A stretch of DNA of 64,000 bases, taken from the NCBI GenBank assembly GCA_054600435.1, contig BAAIJX010000024.1, positions 1 through 64,000 on the forward strand, read 5' to 3'. The stretch comes from Neophaeotheca triangularis. Lineage: Eukaryota. This document shows, one piece after another, positions 22,531 to 36,884 of the stretch. The notes under the pieces are model-generated. The model did no database searches. It had not been told where the DNA came from and saw only the letters and a program-made list of their open reading frames with translations. Within the stretch, counting starts at the first letter, position 1. Each line of letters opens with the position of its first letter. Position numbers and translations under genes: made by a program.

Positions 22531-23805
22531 TCACCGTCCGCTAGGTGTGTGCGACCTATCCCGGTGCACAGTCGCCATGTGCCGGTCAAGGTGATCTTGC
22601 CGGGCGAAACCATTCTGGCCGACCTTGTCACAGCCCTGGAAAGGGCAAGCCATGAATAGAGGCGTCTGCGCTAGACGCTTCCGGTGTTGTTTCGATCTAA
22701 AGTGACGCTTTAGGTCTTTGTTCCAAATGAACTTCTTCTCGCACATTTCGCACTCGAATGGCTTATCCTCGTGGGAAACGTGGTTCCGTTCGTGGTGACG
22801 GAGATCGGCTCCGGTATTGAAGCCCCTGCCGCAAGAGGAGCAGCTATTACGCGAACGAGTGCTCGAGGCGCTACGACCGCGACTTCGATCTCTGCTGAGC
22901 GGATTGGAAAAGTTACTGATGCTTGAAGGGGACACGGTGTTGTTGGATGCGTGCCAGGAGTCATGCGAAGTGTCAGTGGTCCACGGAGAGTTTGCGGCCG
23001 TTGTGTCTAGAGGGCTCAGAAATGTGCGGTCTTGCGAGATGGGCACGCAGTTGGTGTCAAGCCGCGGCACACGTCCACGTCGGCGGCCACGTTCCGAATC
23101 CAGATGCGACAAGCTCATGCGATCTCTGCTGAAGACCTGCTGAATCTGCACGGGCTGTGGGCCCTCCGGTATGAGTACCGGCGGTGCTGGTATCTGCGGC
23201 GGACGGCGAGGTGGCTCAACGAAGTTCCGTGCTATGTGTGGATCGAAAGGCTGAGCTGCTCCGTGCATTCCCGGGTATTGTGCGGAAGGAGAAGCCTGGA
23301 AGAAGTGTCCAGGTGTACCATAGTGACGGCTTGTTTGTTGGGGGCTAGGTATGTACGGTGCAGCTGCAGGGTTCAGAGTCGTGGTCCGTCGGGGCGGAGG
23401 ACATGGTTGTTGGTCTTGCAACACTGCTTCGGTCATAAAAGGAGAATGAGAGGGGGAGGGCTCTTGCGTGGTCCCACTGAAGTCGATATACCGCTCCCAC
23501 TTCGGGCCATCAGTACTTTGAATCTCCTATACCGTAGCTCGAATGCAACGTACCTGAATATACTCGAGATCTAGTCCCATGGCCTCTGGCGGCGGTATGC
23601 TTGCATCCTGCGTTCCCGCCCATCCCCCGGGCGCGAAGACTCTGTCGTCCAGGCCATTCGGATCGGACATGAAGCTTTCAAACTCATGATCCTGGGCCAT
23701 GTCGGATATGGGGCCTTCATCGCTCGTCGACGCGATGAAGGCAGGGTCACCGGATGGCTGCGGGTGCGTGGTGCTGTCTCGCTGATTGTTCCGAGTAGTA
23801 TACAT
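22531..23805 (-). CDS. C2H2 zinc-finger transcription factor 1 (three C-terminal fingers)
   Basis: CSSC..HERNH, CEMC..HFRSKQH, CPFQGC..GFARQDHLDRHMATVH. Phase-0 intron 23500-23553. Start uncertain (23805 or 23700). Confidence 0.82.
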
Positions 23806-25474
23806 GCGAAGGAGCAAAGAGAGGCGAGATGGATTCAAGTAAGCAGTAGAGGAAGGTGGTGCTCAAGTGCGTGCTGTGTGTTTGCTTGTAAAAGGCTATG
23901 AGGATGGAGGAGATGGGAATGTAAGGAACCTACGTGGTATAGCAGATTGCGAATGCGAAAGAAGAAATGCTATGGGTACTCGACGGCCGTTTTGTAGGCT
24001 TCGTAGGCTGCGCGGCCTCAATAATGAGCGAGCAGCAGCATGACGGGTGCCATACAGCTCCCATCAGCTCTCGTGTGCACAGCGGTGCTAGCTCCAGGAA
24101 CCACAGGGGGCTTCGCCACAACTGGACGTGGACCTGCAGGTGTACTACGGAAGGATTCGTGCATGTTGGCCGCAATTAGTGAGAAGTGTGCTGAATTGAA
24201 GCCACACCATGGAGCTTCCAAGAGTGAAGTGCCATTGAAGTAGCTACTACGAGGTGAAGTTTGAAAAGAGTTAGATACTAGGTAGAGAGACGTTTCACCT
24301 TTGTTGACTTCCCGTCCCGAACGGGCAAGGCAAGGCAAGGGCCCGCAATAAGTTAACGGCGAACCACACTCCAACCCCTACTTACCTCCTAGACCTCACC
24401 TCTCTTTGTCCATCCATTCACTATTCTTCACTACTCACCAAACTACACGCAACCACCGTGTCTACCTAACTCTCACTACCACTTGGCCGTCGTCACTCAG
24501 CCTTTCAACAGTAGCGACAAAGTCCACCTACCTTGTTACGACCACAACCAAAGACCTTGGGGAGGGCCCAGAATACATACTATGGTACTTATGGCAGGCA
24601 AATTCAGCTCTCAGGCAACCGACGAATCAGACACTATCAGTCTTCTTGGACGAGCAGCTACCTTGGGTACAGTCGACTCGACATCGGCCACAAGACGGGA
24701 GAGCCACGTCACGTTTTCTACGATTCAAGAGCAGCATCGCATCCGTATGAAAAGGCATGTGCTCGAGTAATGCGCTAACTCATGCAGAAGGTGTTGGCTA
24801 TTCGTATCAACCAACTTGCTGCGCCCGCTTTTACTGGCTCTCTTCCACATCCATGTCTACCTCGAGTCCCGCTAAAACAGCAACAGATCCCGAGCTTCCC
24901 GAGATAACATACTGCTGCGCTGCATTATTGGGCTGCCGCGAGAGCTGACTGTCAACCATCAATTGACGCGTTTCAAGTTACGAAGGCTGCAGCAACCGGA
25001 CCATCTGCCTGGTCGCTGGACAGACGAATGGATTAACCTCTCTTTCCGGTAGGTAGTCCGGTCCCTCGCAACCAACACAAGCCAAGTCGTCCGAGACTAT
25101 GCAACCATTGTTCGGTTATTGTTTGCTACTCAGGATTTCAAAATACTGCTCGTGCTCCAGATCAGGCATGGCGGTATCTCCAAAGTTAGCTGTTCTGTGC
25201 TCATATTCACAAACGCTGTAGCACATGAGCAGCGCGGCCGGGGAACCGTACCGGAGTTGCACGAGAGAAACATGAAGCGCGTGGCACTTTTTTTCAGAAC
25301 CCACTCGGGAGGAAGTCGTTGATTACGCTAACATACATTGAGGGTATCTTCTCGAGAGACTGGCTGCAGCCCCCTTCTCCGCCACATTCAGGCCCAGAAA
25401 GCAACGCAAACTCCTTGTCAAAGCCAAGTCCACCCCCTTACTCAGTCCGCCTGCGCTGTACCGCTCTGCTATCG

Positions 25475-26804
25475 TCACGAATAAATGGTCCGCGAAGAAG
25501 CCGAACTCGACACGGAAGTAGAAGAGGCTCCGTGTGTGTGTGCCAAGTGCCTTTGCAGATGATCGAGCCGGCCGAATCCTTCAGTTGCTCGCGGACAGTC
25601 GGTGATCTCACAACGATATTTCGATGACATGTCCTTGATGTGTATTGTGGATACATGCCTATCACGCTCGCGCGGCATGTTAAACCGCTGTTGGCAAAAT
25701 TCGCAGCCGTGCTTGCGTTGCGCAGGATCACCATGGCAGCGCTTCACATGCTTGTGGAGTGCCGACTGGCTGCTGAACTTGGAGTGGCATTTCTCACTCT
25801 GTGTGCACGGGAAAGGATCGTTGGAGTCTTTCATTTCCTCCTGTGTGCGCCGCGGGCGTTTCCCTGACGATCGCATAGACAGCGGCGCAACAGGATGCGT
25901 GGATCGACGCTTTGAAGTACCAGGTGAAGTCGGTACGACCTGCCCATGCACACCCAAAGCTTCAACACGAGACGGCGTGGCCCCGAGCCATATAGTAGGG
26001 CTTGTAGGATTGTCCACATCTCTCTGGTGGTTGACGCCAACGGGCATCGTGGGGCTAGGCCTTCCTGTTTCGACGTTCACCCGAGACCTATTTCGCTGTT
26101 CTGCGGCGAGGGCTTGCTGTGCCTGTAGAGTCGACATGCTGAGCGCAAGGCAGTCCTGCTGGAACTGCAAGGTCCACTGCGCACCCACGTCCGGTGAGGG
26201 ATGGATGGACAGGTAGTGTCTCTGGGGCGTGGGTGCCCGTTGCGTCGAGGCGGTCAGTCCGATCTGACTGGACGATGATGGCCTTGGATAAGCATTGCCA
26301 AACGCGGGTGCTTGCCGGGCGACGCTAGCATAGCTGAGACCGAGCCTAGTTGGCGGTGCATCCTGCGCTCTTGGAGAATGCACAGAAGGAACGGGCGACA
26401 GCAAGGTAGGAGTTTGTGGTTGCGGCTGTGGCTGGTATGGACTGCGCTGAGGACGACCGGCAAGTGTTCGATTGTTATTCCCCGGCCGCCCTTGCGTTTG
26501 AGTGTCCTGCGTCTCTGCTCTTTCACCACGCGCTCCATGTAGGACGAGCACAGGGTAAGGTACCGGCGTAACAAGTCGTGGAGACTGGTAGGTGTAGGCT
26601 CGGAGGCAATGGGGACACCCGTCCGGAGGTCCGTACGGGTACGGACACCCTTCACGATGCCCGGAAACGATCTTTGCACAGTCGTGTCAGCTCTACCCGC
26701 CGTCGTCTTTTTTGATTGAAGCTAGAACCTACAACAGGCTGTTCATCTGAATAGGGAAAGGCATCCTCAAATTGGGCTCCGACGCCCGGGAGCTCTGAAT
26801 CCAT
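25475..26804 (-). CDS. C2H2 zinc-finger transcription factor 2 (three C-terminal fingers)
   Basis: ATG 26804 (MDSELPGV), phase-0 intron 26672-26732. Fingers CTQSEKC..HVKRCH, CEFC..HVSTIH, CEITDC..GFGRLDHLQRHLAHTH. Confidence 0.82.
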
Positions 26805-28692
26805 CTTTGCCACCACGAAGCTGATGGCAGCAGCGCCCGAGTCAGTCCTCGAACAAACGTTGCCCAGGTAGGCCGAGGGCGAAGTGGCCTGCGGATGGCA
26901 TGCTATTGGGGGCGCAGGAATGTCTGTGCCTGTTTCGTAAGGGCAGGAAGACTATGAAAGCGAGAAAGGTACGTTACGAGTGCCAGCAAAGATGCTTGAG
27001 GATGGAGGAGTGTCGAGCGGTGGTGTATCATGTATGGATGAAGGTTAAGAAAGAAATCTTCTCTCCCGCTCACCTACATATACTTACGACCAGGGCGGCC
27101 TCGCGGCTTAAAGCAACAGGTAAAGCGGTGGAAAGAGTGTGATGACGTTTCAAGGCATTGTGCTGGATCCGAGGCAAGCAATGCCACCGCGCCAGAGTCG
27201 ATACGCTTCCCTCGACTTCACATCCCAGCGGCAAGAAAGGTCAAAGATGCTGGCAGCAGTGTAGTGCTGCCGCGCATGGCTGCCTAGAGCACGACACTAA
27301 TTCTACGGACATTACAGGCACAAGTAGTGATACTGATCGCTGTCGCAGCTCCCAAGGCGGGGCATTCGGAAGACGTTCTTCACAACGCCTCGTACCAAGA
27401 CTTGCGCTGCACCAGTGAAGATGCCGTGCCGATTGCGTGTCTGGAGCTCGTGCTCGATCAATTGATCAAGACGCCCACGTTTTGTGGCTTATTAACCTGG
27501 AGTCGGCACGGGGAGGAGGCACCCGACCGACCTTGATGAAAAAGGCTCAAACCGAGAGCAGGGGAAATGTTCAACGTCCTTGGTTCGATCGCCCTGTCGA
27601 CCACTGAGCAGGCACGTGCGGAAGCTCGCCTATGCAGCTACCCTGTCGACACGCCGGGACGATCGTTCCCTTCGCCGGCAGAACCTCATGTCACTGCCAC
27701 GGCATCTTCAGATCAGCTGGCCACGTCCTGCTGTGTTCGTTGACAAGAGACAAGTCCTCAAAGTACCGGGCGAGCAGCTCTGTGGCATCAAGGGTTCATA
27801 CGGTCTATGGAGACGAAACGACTGCGACAGACGGCCCGCATACAAGCTTCAGGTTTAAGCAGTCTAGCAACAGCAACGACAACGACGACAACAATGGCGA
27901 TGACAACACGGATGGCGGCGGCACGCCCATAGAAGCACCCGACTTTTCTTGCTTAATCACCCCCGGCAAGTCATTTTGCAAGTATCGTCCACAACACCCA
28001 TCACCACAATACTGCCCACTTAGCGCCCTGTCTTGGAAGCGTCGTCCCCAGAGCACCCCGAGGCAATCCCTGCTGCGGACGTTCAATTCTAGCTTTCCCG
28101 ATGCCACGGATTCCGCAGCGGGCGACGCCGTTTCCCGCTACCAGGGCGGCCGTAACCATTCACAAATGTCGGAAACTTTCCAGTCCTTCCTGCCGCGAGA
28201 CTATTCGTGGTAATAAGCCAAAGTGAAGCCAAGGTCGAGCGTCTTTGTGGGAATCCCATGTCGGGTCCGCTCCGCTCTTCCCGTCGAAGAGTGATTCAGA
28301 GTCCTCAGCACGCACATTCAGGCAACGATGCTGGCCTCGGTCGGAAGTCACGTTTTTGACCGTATTTTATCATTCCGCGTTGGTGCCGACCCTATTCTTT
28401 GCATCGTTCAATGAAATGTGCGGTAGCGATAGCGGGTTTTCACCCGGCGGAGTGTTTAGGAGAGCGGAAGAGAAATTGCATCGTCTACAGCAGCCCAAAG
28501 GAATACTAAGGGCGCTCACGGAGCGCCAGCTACATCTGACCGAACGAGCGATATAGTCGCATGTCAGGGCTCGCGGTATGCCCAAAGCCTACCACTAGCC
28601 ATTGCAACTCTATCCGCAAGCATAGGAACATTGATTTCCCAAACCCTCGTCGCAAATCTCTCCTCTCAATCCCGGCCACTCGCCAGCTCTCC

Positions 28693-30045
28693 CTAACCCC
28701 AATACGTCGCCCACCGACTCCCACCTTTCACAACCTCAACAAACTCCCTACCAATAACCCGCTGCGTCTGCTCACTAGGATGCAACTCATCATACCACAA
28801 GTAGCTATCCGGATCCGGCCTCTCAACGCATCCAGACCGAGTACTAACATCGCAATGATTAACATATCCCGTGACATTCAACGGGGCCGTCCCATTCAAG
28901 TAGTCCGCGGGATTGTAATAGATATCCGTCAACTGCAGCAGCGTCAACGTCAGCAAAAATCTCACTCTACTTGTTCCAAAGCCAAAAAACACCAGTTGGA
29001 AAAGGGGTAGGTCGTACCAGCCCATAAACATCCATCACCGCCACCTTGGCACCTGGAAATTTGCGCGCAATCTCCACTTCAAAAGGCGTGCGATAAGCGA
29101 AAATCTCATTCACCGTGGCGACTTGTTCGAGCATGCGGTAGTGCACTGCAGTGATGTTTTCGGGTTTGTTGGGCCAGTACTGCGACTGCTCCAGCCCTCC
29201 CATCTCGGGAAGCGAATACTGCGGCAACAGCTGCAGGGGTGCGAGGTTCTGGAGGACGAAGTACCTACCCCCTTGATCGTAGAGGCGGGAGAGCTGCTCG
29301 TAGACGCAGGAGGTGTAGGTTGTGAGGTTAGTCCCCGGGAGTTGGGAGTCGGTTAGGAAGGCCCCGTTGCCCAGGTCGTTGGTGCCGATGAAGAGGGAGT
29401 AGACTGTTGAGGCTGGCGAAGTTTGGAGGAATTTGCTGCCGTTGGGGGTAATGTAGGCGTCGTCGGCTATGAAGGCGGGGACTTCGTAGTCGGCGACTGA
29501 CGGGAAGGGGGCGTTGATGGCGGAGAGGGGGCGGGGGGTTATCTCGTTGGAGCAGACGGCGCCGCTGACGGCCTGGAAAACAAAGGGGGTCAGTTGAGGG
29601 AGTTTCTGTGGGATGTGCGAGGTTGGAGTTGACGCACGTAGTTGTAGGTGTTGGCGCCTGAGTACTGGCCTACATACTGCACCCAGATTCTGCCTCCCGA
29701 GCTGGCGGAATAGGACTGCGGGAAGTGTTAGCTTGTAGATGACATTCGATGAGGATGGCTTTGGTTTACAGCAGGATTCTCGTAGCCCACTGGCGGCGCT
29801 TCGCCATCATTTTCGATAAAATAGCTGAGGCGAGAATCGTCTGTATAGCTGTCGCCAAATGCCACGAGCGAAGTGAAGTCTTCAAGGTCCCATCCGTGTC
29901 CTCTCCCGTAGCCATGGTGAGGCTTCGATGGCTGCTTATGTCCGAGCCGTGGTGGGTGTTGAGGTTTGTCCTTGGGGCTCCCAGGAGGATGTGCCAGCGA
30001 ATTGCCGCAAAGACACAACGCTGTGGCAACGATCAAGGATCTCAT
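28693..30045 (-). CDS. Secreted GDSL/SGNH esterase (CE16 acetylesterase-like)
   Basis: Signal peptide MRSLIVATALCLCGNSLA, FGDSYTD, AVSGAVCS, IGTND, WYDELHPS. Three introns. Confidence 0.9.
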
Positions 30046-30658
30046 TTTGACAAATGAATGGCGGGTTTTCTGATAGAAGAGAAAGGAAAAGACGTCTTGG
30101 GTCTCCTTACTATCTAAAGTCAAGAATGCTTCATGTAGCTTGCTGCTTTTCTATCTGCATGGCACGGCTTTTGACCATTTTTATTGTCCGACGGCAAAAG
30201 GCTTACCTACTTACGACCTTCCTGGCTAAGTTAGCATCACTGATGAAGATGACGATGTCGTTGCCGTTGTCGATGTTTTACCGGCGGGGTCGACGTCGTG
30301 GAGTGGAGCTTTCACGGCTAAAGACCACCTTGGAAGCAATCGGGTACACAATCCACCAACGACACAGCAGTTGCGCCATGTTAAAAGCTTGTATCACTGC
30401 GTATTTGATGCTTGTGGTTGGATCTTGGTGAGGTTATATTTGTCTGTGAGGTCGAAATAGTTGAACATCGCCAACGCAGTACGCTATCGTGCAAGAAGCT
30501 TGAAAGCCTGACCAGACGTGCAGTATACATTTTGTCCCCGCTACTTATGCAGCACCGCCAAAAACGCAAAAGCAAAACGATTGCTCGCAGCAACACCCTA
30601 CGCCATGCTAATCGCAACATCACATCCAAAAGCCACCCAAAAAGACACCAACCCTCCC

Positions 30659-31858
<1,200 letters not shown>

Positions 31859-31991
31859 TTATTTCGAAGCCAATGCGAGCTCACTAGGACGATCGTCCGT
31901 CAGCCAGCAACTTCTAGATCCCTTCAAGTCCTTCTTCGCTCCTCCAACTCTTCCACAACCGCAACTTCTACTACCTACCTTCCTCACGGCA

Positions 31992-33488
31992 ATGGCGGAG
32001 CAAACCCGCCCTCGCGTCTTCTTAGACGTCTCCATCGCCGACAAACCCGCAGGCCGCCTCATTGTCGAGCTGTTCACTGATAAGACACCCAAGACGTGCG
32101 AGAAGTGAGTTGACTTCACTTGAAATTTAATATTCCCACAGCAGCTATACTAATATGCTCGCAGCTTCCGCCAGCTATGCACAGGCGAGCATGAAGGCCT
32201 CACCTACGCGACTACACCCTTCCACCGTGTCATTGACGAATTTATGATCCAGGGAGGTGACGTAGAGAAGCGCGACGGCACTGGTGCGCAAAGCATCTAC
32301 GGTGGTGAGTATGAGGATGAGAATCTGCAATGGAGGGATATCGACGCTAGAGGTTTGGTTTGCAGCGCCAACAGTGGAAAGGACACGAACGGGAGCCAGT
32401 TCTTTGTTACATTGGAGCCGTCGCCGCATCTGAACGGGTTACACACGGTTTTTGGCAGGTTGGTGGCTGGAGAGGACTGCTTGGAGAAGGTCGCGAAGGT
32501 CGAGGTGGACAATGACGACAAGCCGCGTCAGATGGTATTGATCAGCAAGTGTGGTGAACTTGAGAGGAGGAAGAAGAAGCCGGCGCCAGCGGCAGAGTCG
32601 GTACCAGCCCCGGCTGAGAAGGAGAATGGCGAAGCGCAGGGAGACGGCGTCAAAGCTGCAACAGCCACAGCAAAGGCCTCTACCGACACCGACGAGGCCT
32701 ACGATAGCCACGACCGCGGCAGAAAACGCAAAAGCGACGACTCGGACCGCGAGGCAGAGGATGACGGCGCAGTCAAAGCTCGCCGCACCGAGCACCAACG
32801 TAGTCGCCGCCGTCGCAGCGATAACATCGTCGATGAAGGTCTGCGCGGACGCCCGAAGCTGCGCTCCCACGACGGATCGCCCTCCCGTTCTCACTCCCTG
32901 TCAAACTCGCAAGCCGCCGAAGAAGACGCCTCTCCTCGCGAGGAAGCGAGCGATCGCGACTCCCCAGTCGCCAGACACGCGCGTAGACGCAGCCCTTCGC
33001 CCAGCCGCCGCGACGACCGCAGGGACGCCTCGGCCGATGGTAACGGCAGAAGACGCCGCAGCCTGCCTAACCAATATCAGAACAATCGCTCCCGACGTGG
33101 AGAAGATCGCTACCGTCCGGACAGGGATGACCGCCACGGAGAAGATCGATACCGGCCCAACGACTCCCGTGGTCAACGTCGCGGCGAGGACCGCTACCGT
33201 CCAGGTGAAGACCACGACGGAGGTGGCTGGAGACGCCCCGATCACGACCGTCCCAAGAAGCCTCGCGGTGGCCCTGGCGATCCATACGGGGACATGACAC
33301 GCGCGGAGATCTTCGGCGCAGAGTGGGACCGCCCGCCTCGGTACGGGAACAAGCAGAAGATCAGGATGGACGAAGGACGCCTTGGAAAAGTCGACGATGG
33401 AAGACTGGGCGGACCGTCAATGGGAGACGGGGATGGCCTGAAAATGGAGTACAAAGGGCGCGGCAACATGCGATATCGTGAGCATTGA
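31992..33488 (+). CDS. Cyclophilin-type PPIase with long R/S/D-rich C-terminal tail
   Basis: RPRVFLD, PKTCEN|FRQLCTGE, FHRVIDEFMIQGGD, NGSQFF, HLNGLHTVFG. Tail has RSPSPSR and three GEDRYRP repeats. Confidence 0.9.
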
Positions 33489-34235
33489 GAATATGAACTA
33501 CGACATGCCGGGAACAGGAAAAGCCGGTCTTGAACACGCTTGTGCTAACTTTCTTCCTTTTGTTCTGAAGGCGACGTTGGTATACCTGAGCATGAGATTC
33601 CCAAGTCGCCCGAGGTCTACTATTGCCTCGACGGCTCTGTATTCGATAACAGCTGGCCGCTTGACGACTGAGGAGCCTAGGTGAGTTTCTTCGCGCTCGC
33701 TCCGGCGTGCTATTCTCTTTGAGGAGCGAGGGAGAGGCAAAGAACGAGAGACGATGATCGGCTAGGAGATCACGCGGGTTACTTGGGAGGCGTCATCATG
33801 AATGCATGAATGACTGTCGTACAACCCGAGAGAATGGAGGTTCGTGGGCGATCGATCTGGGTTGACGCCATCATTGCGAGCACTCTATCCGCAGCATGAG
33901 GTGATGGATGGCAGATAGCAACAATTCGAACGTGAACCAAGAGTGGAGAAGAGCTTTCGTGAGACTGCTGCATTGAAGTACCAAATAGGGAGCCTTGATA
34001 GCAGCTTTGACAGGCTCAATTTCTCGGCTGCAGTCACCCGCGGCGCCATCGGGGCCTCCTCAAGCACGACTCCTTACCACTCAAGCTTCTTGTTGTCACC
34101 CCCCGAACCGCAACTACCCTCTTCCTTTCCCCAGTCGTAAATTCCTTCCCGCTCCACAAACAACTCCCTATCCCACTCAAGCTGCTGTATAGCCGCCTTG
34201 ACGCCAACCTCCCAAATCGACCTGCTCTTCCACAG

Positions 34236-34965
34236 GATCAAAAGAAGAAAAGCACTAACCCTGCTGGTGGATTTGCGATCATCTGTATCCTTGATGCGAT
34301 CGCTTTCGTAACCCGTACCCCTAAGATTACATTCAGACCACGTTCAGTACTAGGCCGACAGGGGGAGAGCAGGAGAAGGAATGCTTTGCACGTACCTGGC
34401 AATGCAGTACTCGCTCGTGCACTACTCGGTAGGGCGACGGTCTCCGCGACTGGATGCATGGCAACCAGGATACACCTCTCGCGGTCACGATCAACGACAA
34501 GGTCGAATCCCAGTCCTTCTTGAGCTCGCGTGAGCTCAATCCTTTCATCCGTGACGCCATCGGAGCTGCTGTCGAAAGCTCTCGACAAGGGGTTTTGCTG
34601 GATGGCTATCCTCGTTGCAGGGAGCTGCTGGACCCAGTCGCTTGATTGCTGGCCTTTTGAGGATGCCTAGCCGCGGCAGAAGAGAGCACCGGTTTTGCTG
34701 CTCTCGGTCGATGTATCAAGGGAAAGTGCGATGGCATTCGAGATACTTGGGGCGCGAGAGTGATTTCAGGGATAGCTTGGAGAAGCTTGCGAAGCGCTTT
34801 GAAGGGTATATACGGGAGACTTTGCCGGTCGAAGAAGTCTACTGGGACAGGTCGGCCTACATCCACGTGAACGGGAAGGCGGCTTGGGAGGAGATAGTTG
34901 CGGAGCTCGAGCAGTTGTTGGGAGAGGGCGCTCAATGGAAGGAGCTCAGTCTTGTGACTGGGTAG
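34236..34965 (+). pseudogene. Adenylate/UMP-CMP kinase-like pseudogene
   Basis: FAIICILG, a degenerate P-loop (AGEG), LVHYSVG/DGLR, VLLDGYPR and KRFEGYIRETLPV lie in different frames. Confidence 0.7.
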
Positions 34966-35213
34966 GTAGGTGCCTTCTACTACTCCTCATCAGTGGCAAT
35001 GAAGATTTCCGGCACTCAAGAGGGCTTTAGCGGTGGATAGGCAGAATTAGGCGAAGTCGAAAGCGCTCGGCGTTGAATGTTGAGATCTGGAAAAGTTCTC
35101 AGAATGCGGAGTGAGAATTTTATGCCAACTTCTGGGAGGATGCTTTAATTTTTGAGGCGTTGGCTTGAGAGCTGGAGCCTAACGATCTTTCATGTTCTTT
35201 TGTCCTTAACATG

Positions 35214-36884
35214 TCAGTCTTCCATGAGGTCCACGCCCACCCCTCGCAAAGCACCGACAGCCCACTGGGGGTATTTTGTCTTGTCTCCAGCGTAGAGCTT
35301 CGCAAACCAACCCTTCAAGAACGCGGGATACCTGTCCTCCAAAATAGCCTGCCTGGCCTCCCCCATCATGCTCAGCAAGTAGTGCACATTGTGCATGCTC
35401 AGCAGATGCGCACCGACAGTCTCCTTGGCCGCGGTGTGGTGGATGAAAGCCCTCGTAATACCCAGACCACCGTCTTCCTCGGACTTACAGCAGACGCAGC
35501 CGCACCCTTCATCAATGGCACCAAAGTCGTACGCATAACTCTTGTGTCGTAGATTGAGCGTGCCGGTGGAAGTCACAGCATTCCCGAACCTTGCGGTCCG
35601 CGTCGGCCATACGCAGTCGAACATATCTGCGCCCAACGCCATAGATACGAGCAGGTCTTCCGGAAACCCAACGCCCATGACATACCTAGGCTTCCCTTCC
35701 GGTAGTAACGAGGTGCAGGTCTCGACGACCTTGCAATACTCCTCCTTCGCCTCGCCGCCACTAAGACCTCCAATAGCAACACCTGGCGTGTCTCGCGCAG
35801 CCATCTCTCGGCAGCATTCCCGACGAAGCTCAAGATCCAGCCCACCTTGAATAATGCAAAAGATATTCTGAGTCGTTGGATTCGCGTGAGCACTTATGCA
35901 TCGATCAAGCCATCGAATGGAGCGGTACATTGCTTCTTTGATGCGAGCGTGGTCTGGGGAAGTAGTGGCGATGACGTCGTCGAGCTGCATGATTATGTCT
36001 GACCCGATGCTGTTCTGCAGGGAAATGGAGTGTTCAGGTGTGAGAAGCCTGGTCATATCTTAGATCCCGGTGTGCTCAGTGTGGGAGGAGGCTACCCACA
36101 TTGGAGTGCGGTCGTGTGGGCTGAGAAAGCGGACACCCTCTTCTGTGACTTGGGCAAGCTCCAGAAGGGACACCATCTGGAACCTGTCGGATGTCAGAAG
36201 GGTGAAAGCTTCGTGTGAGCATATGGAAACCCTACCCCCCGCTATCTACTCGAGGTCAGCACAAGTCTTGATATGGCGGATACCGATGGTTGCTTCTACC
36301 TGTCAAAAGGTTCCCATTCCATCCCTGTAGCTTATGTGCTCCACCGATAGCGTCGAGAACTTGTTGACCTGGTTTTAGAGCTCTGCCGAACAGCATTAGA
36401 TGAGCTGCGGGTTGTCAGGCGCTGGCCCGAAAGACTCACAAATGGTACGTGTTGTTTAAGCACAAGTTGCATCCAGTCTGCTCAAGTTGAGCGGGCGTCA
36501 ATCCCTTCAGAGATGCTTGAGTAGCTACTGGCATGAAGACTGGCAGAGGTACAGTCCCGTGAGGCAGATGAAGGGTCGCCGCCCGAGCTTTGGTGGTCTA
36601 TCGTGCAGATTAGCTGGAAGTGCTTTAAAGTGTGCTCAAAGGTAGGCCTTAGCCGCTTGCTTGTTCGAAGATGTTTCAGAGCATCGTAGCGAGACAATGA
36701 CTTTGCCTGGACTAGATGATGCCTATCTCATTCAATGAGGATGGTGCGATGCCAATGCTCGGGAATAAGTTCAGTGCAGTAGGTCGAGTTGCGAAAGAGA
36801 GAGGTCGCGAGAGAGCTCATCACCTACCGAGCATTTTGCCAGCAATTCATATCGAAGGGCTGGAGGTAAAGCTAACGTGGACAT
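35214..36884 (-). CDS. QTRT1: Queuine tRNA-ribosyltransferase catalytic subunit
   Basis: [77 protein letters not shown]. Five introns. Confidence 0.93.

Noticed and set aside
27560..27610. tRNA-like GGTTCGAT
   Set aside because: No T-stem pairing or cloverleaf.
36598..36827. preQ1 riboswitch in the TGT intron
   Set aside because: No match to the preQ1-I stem and A-rich tail consensus.
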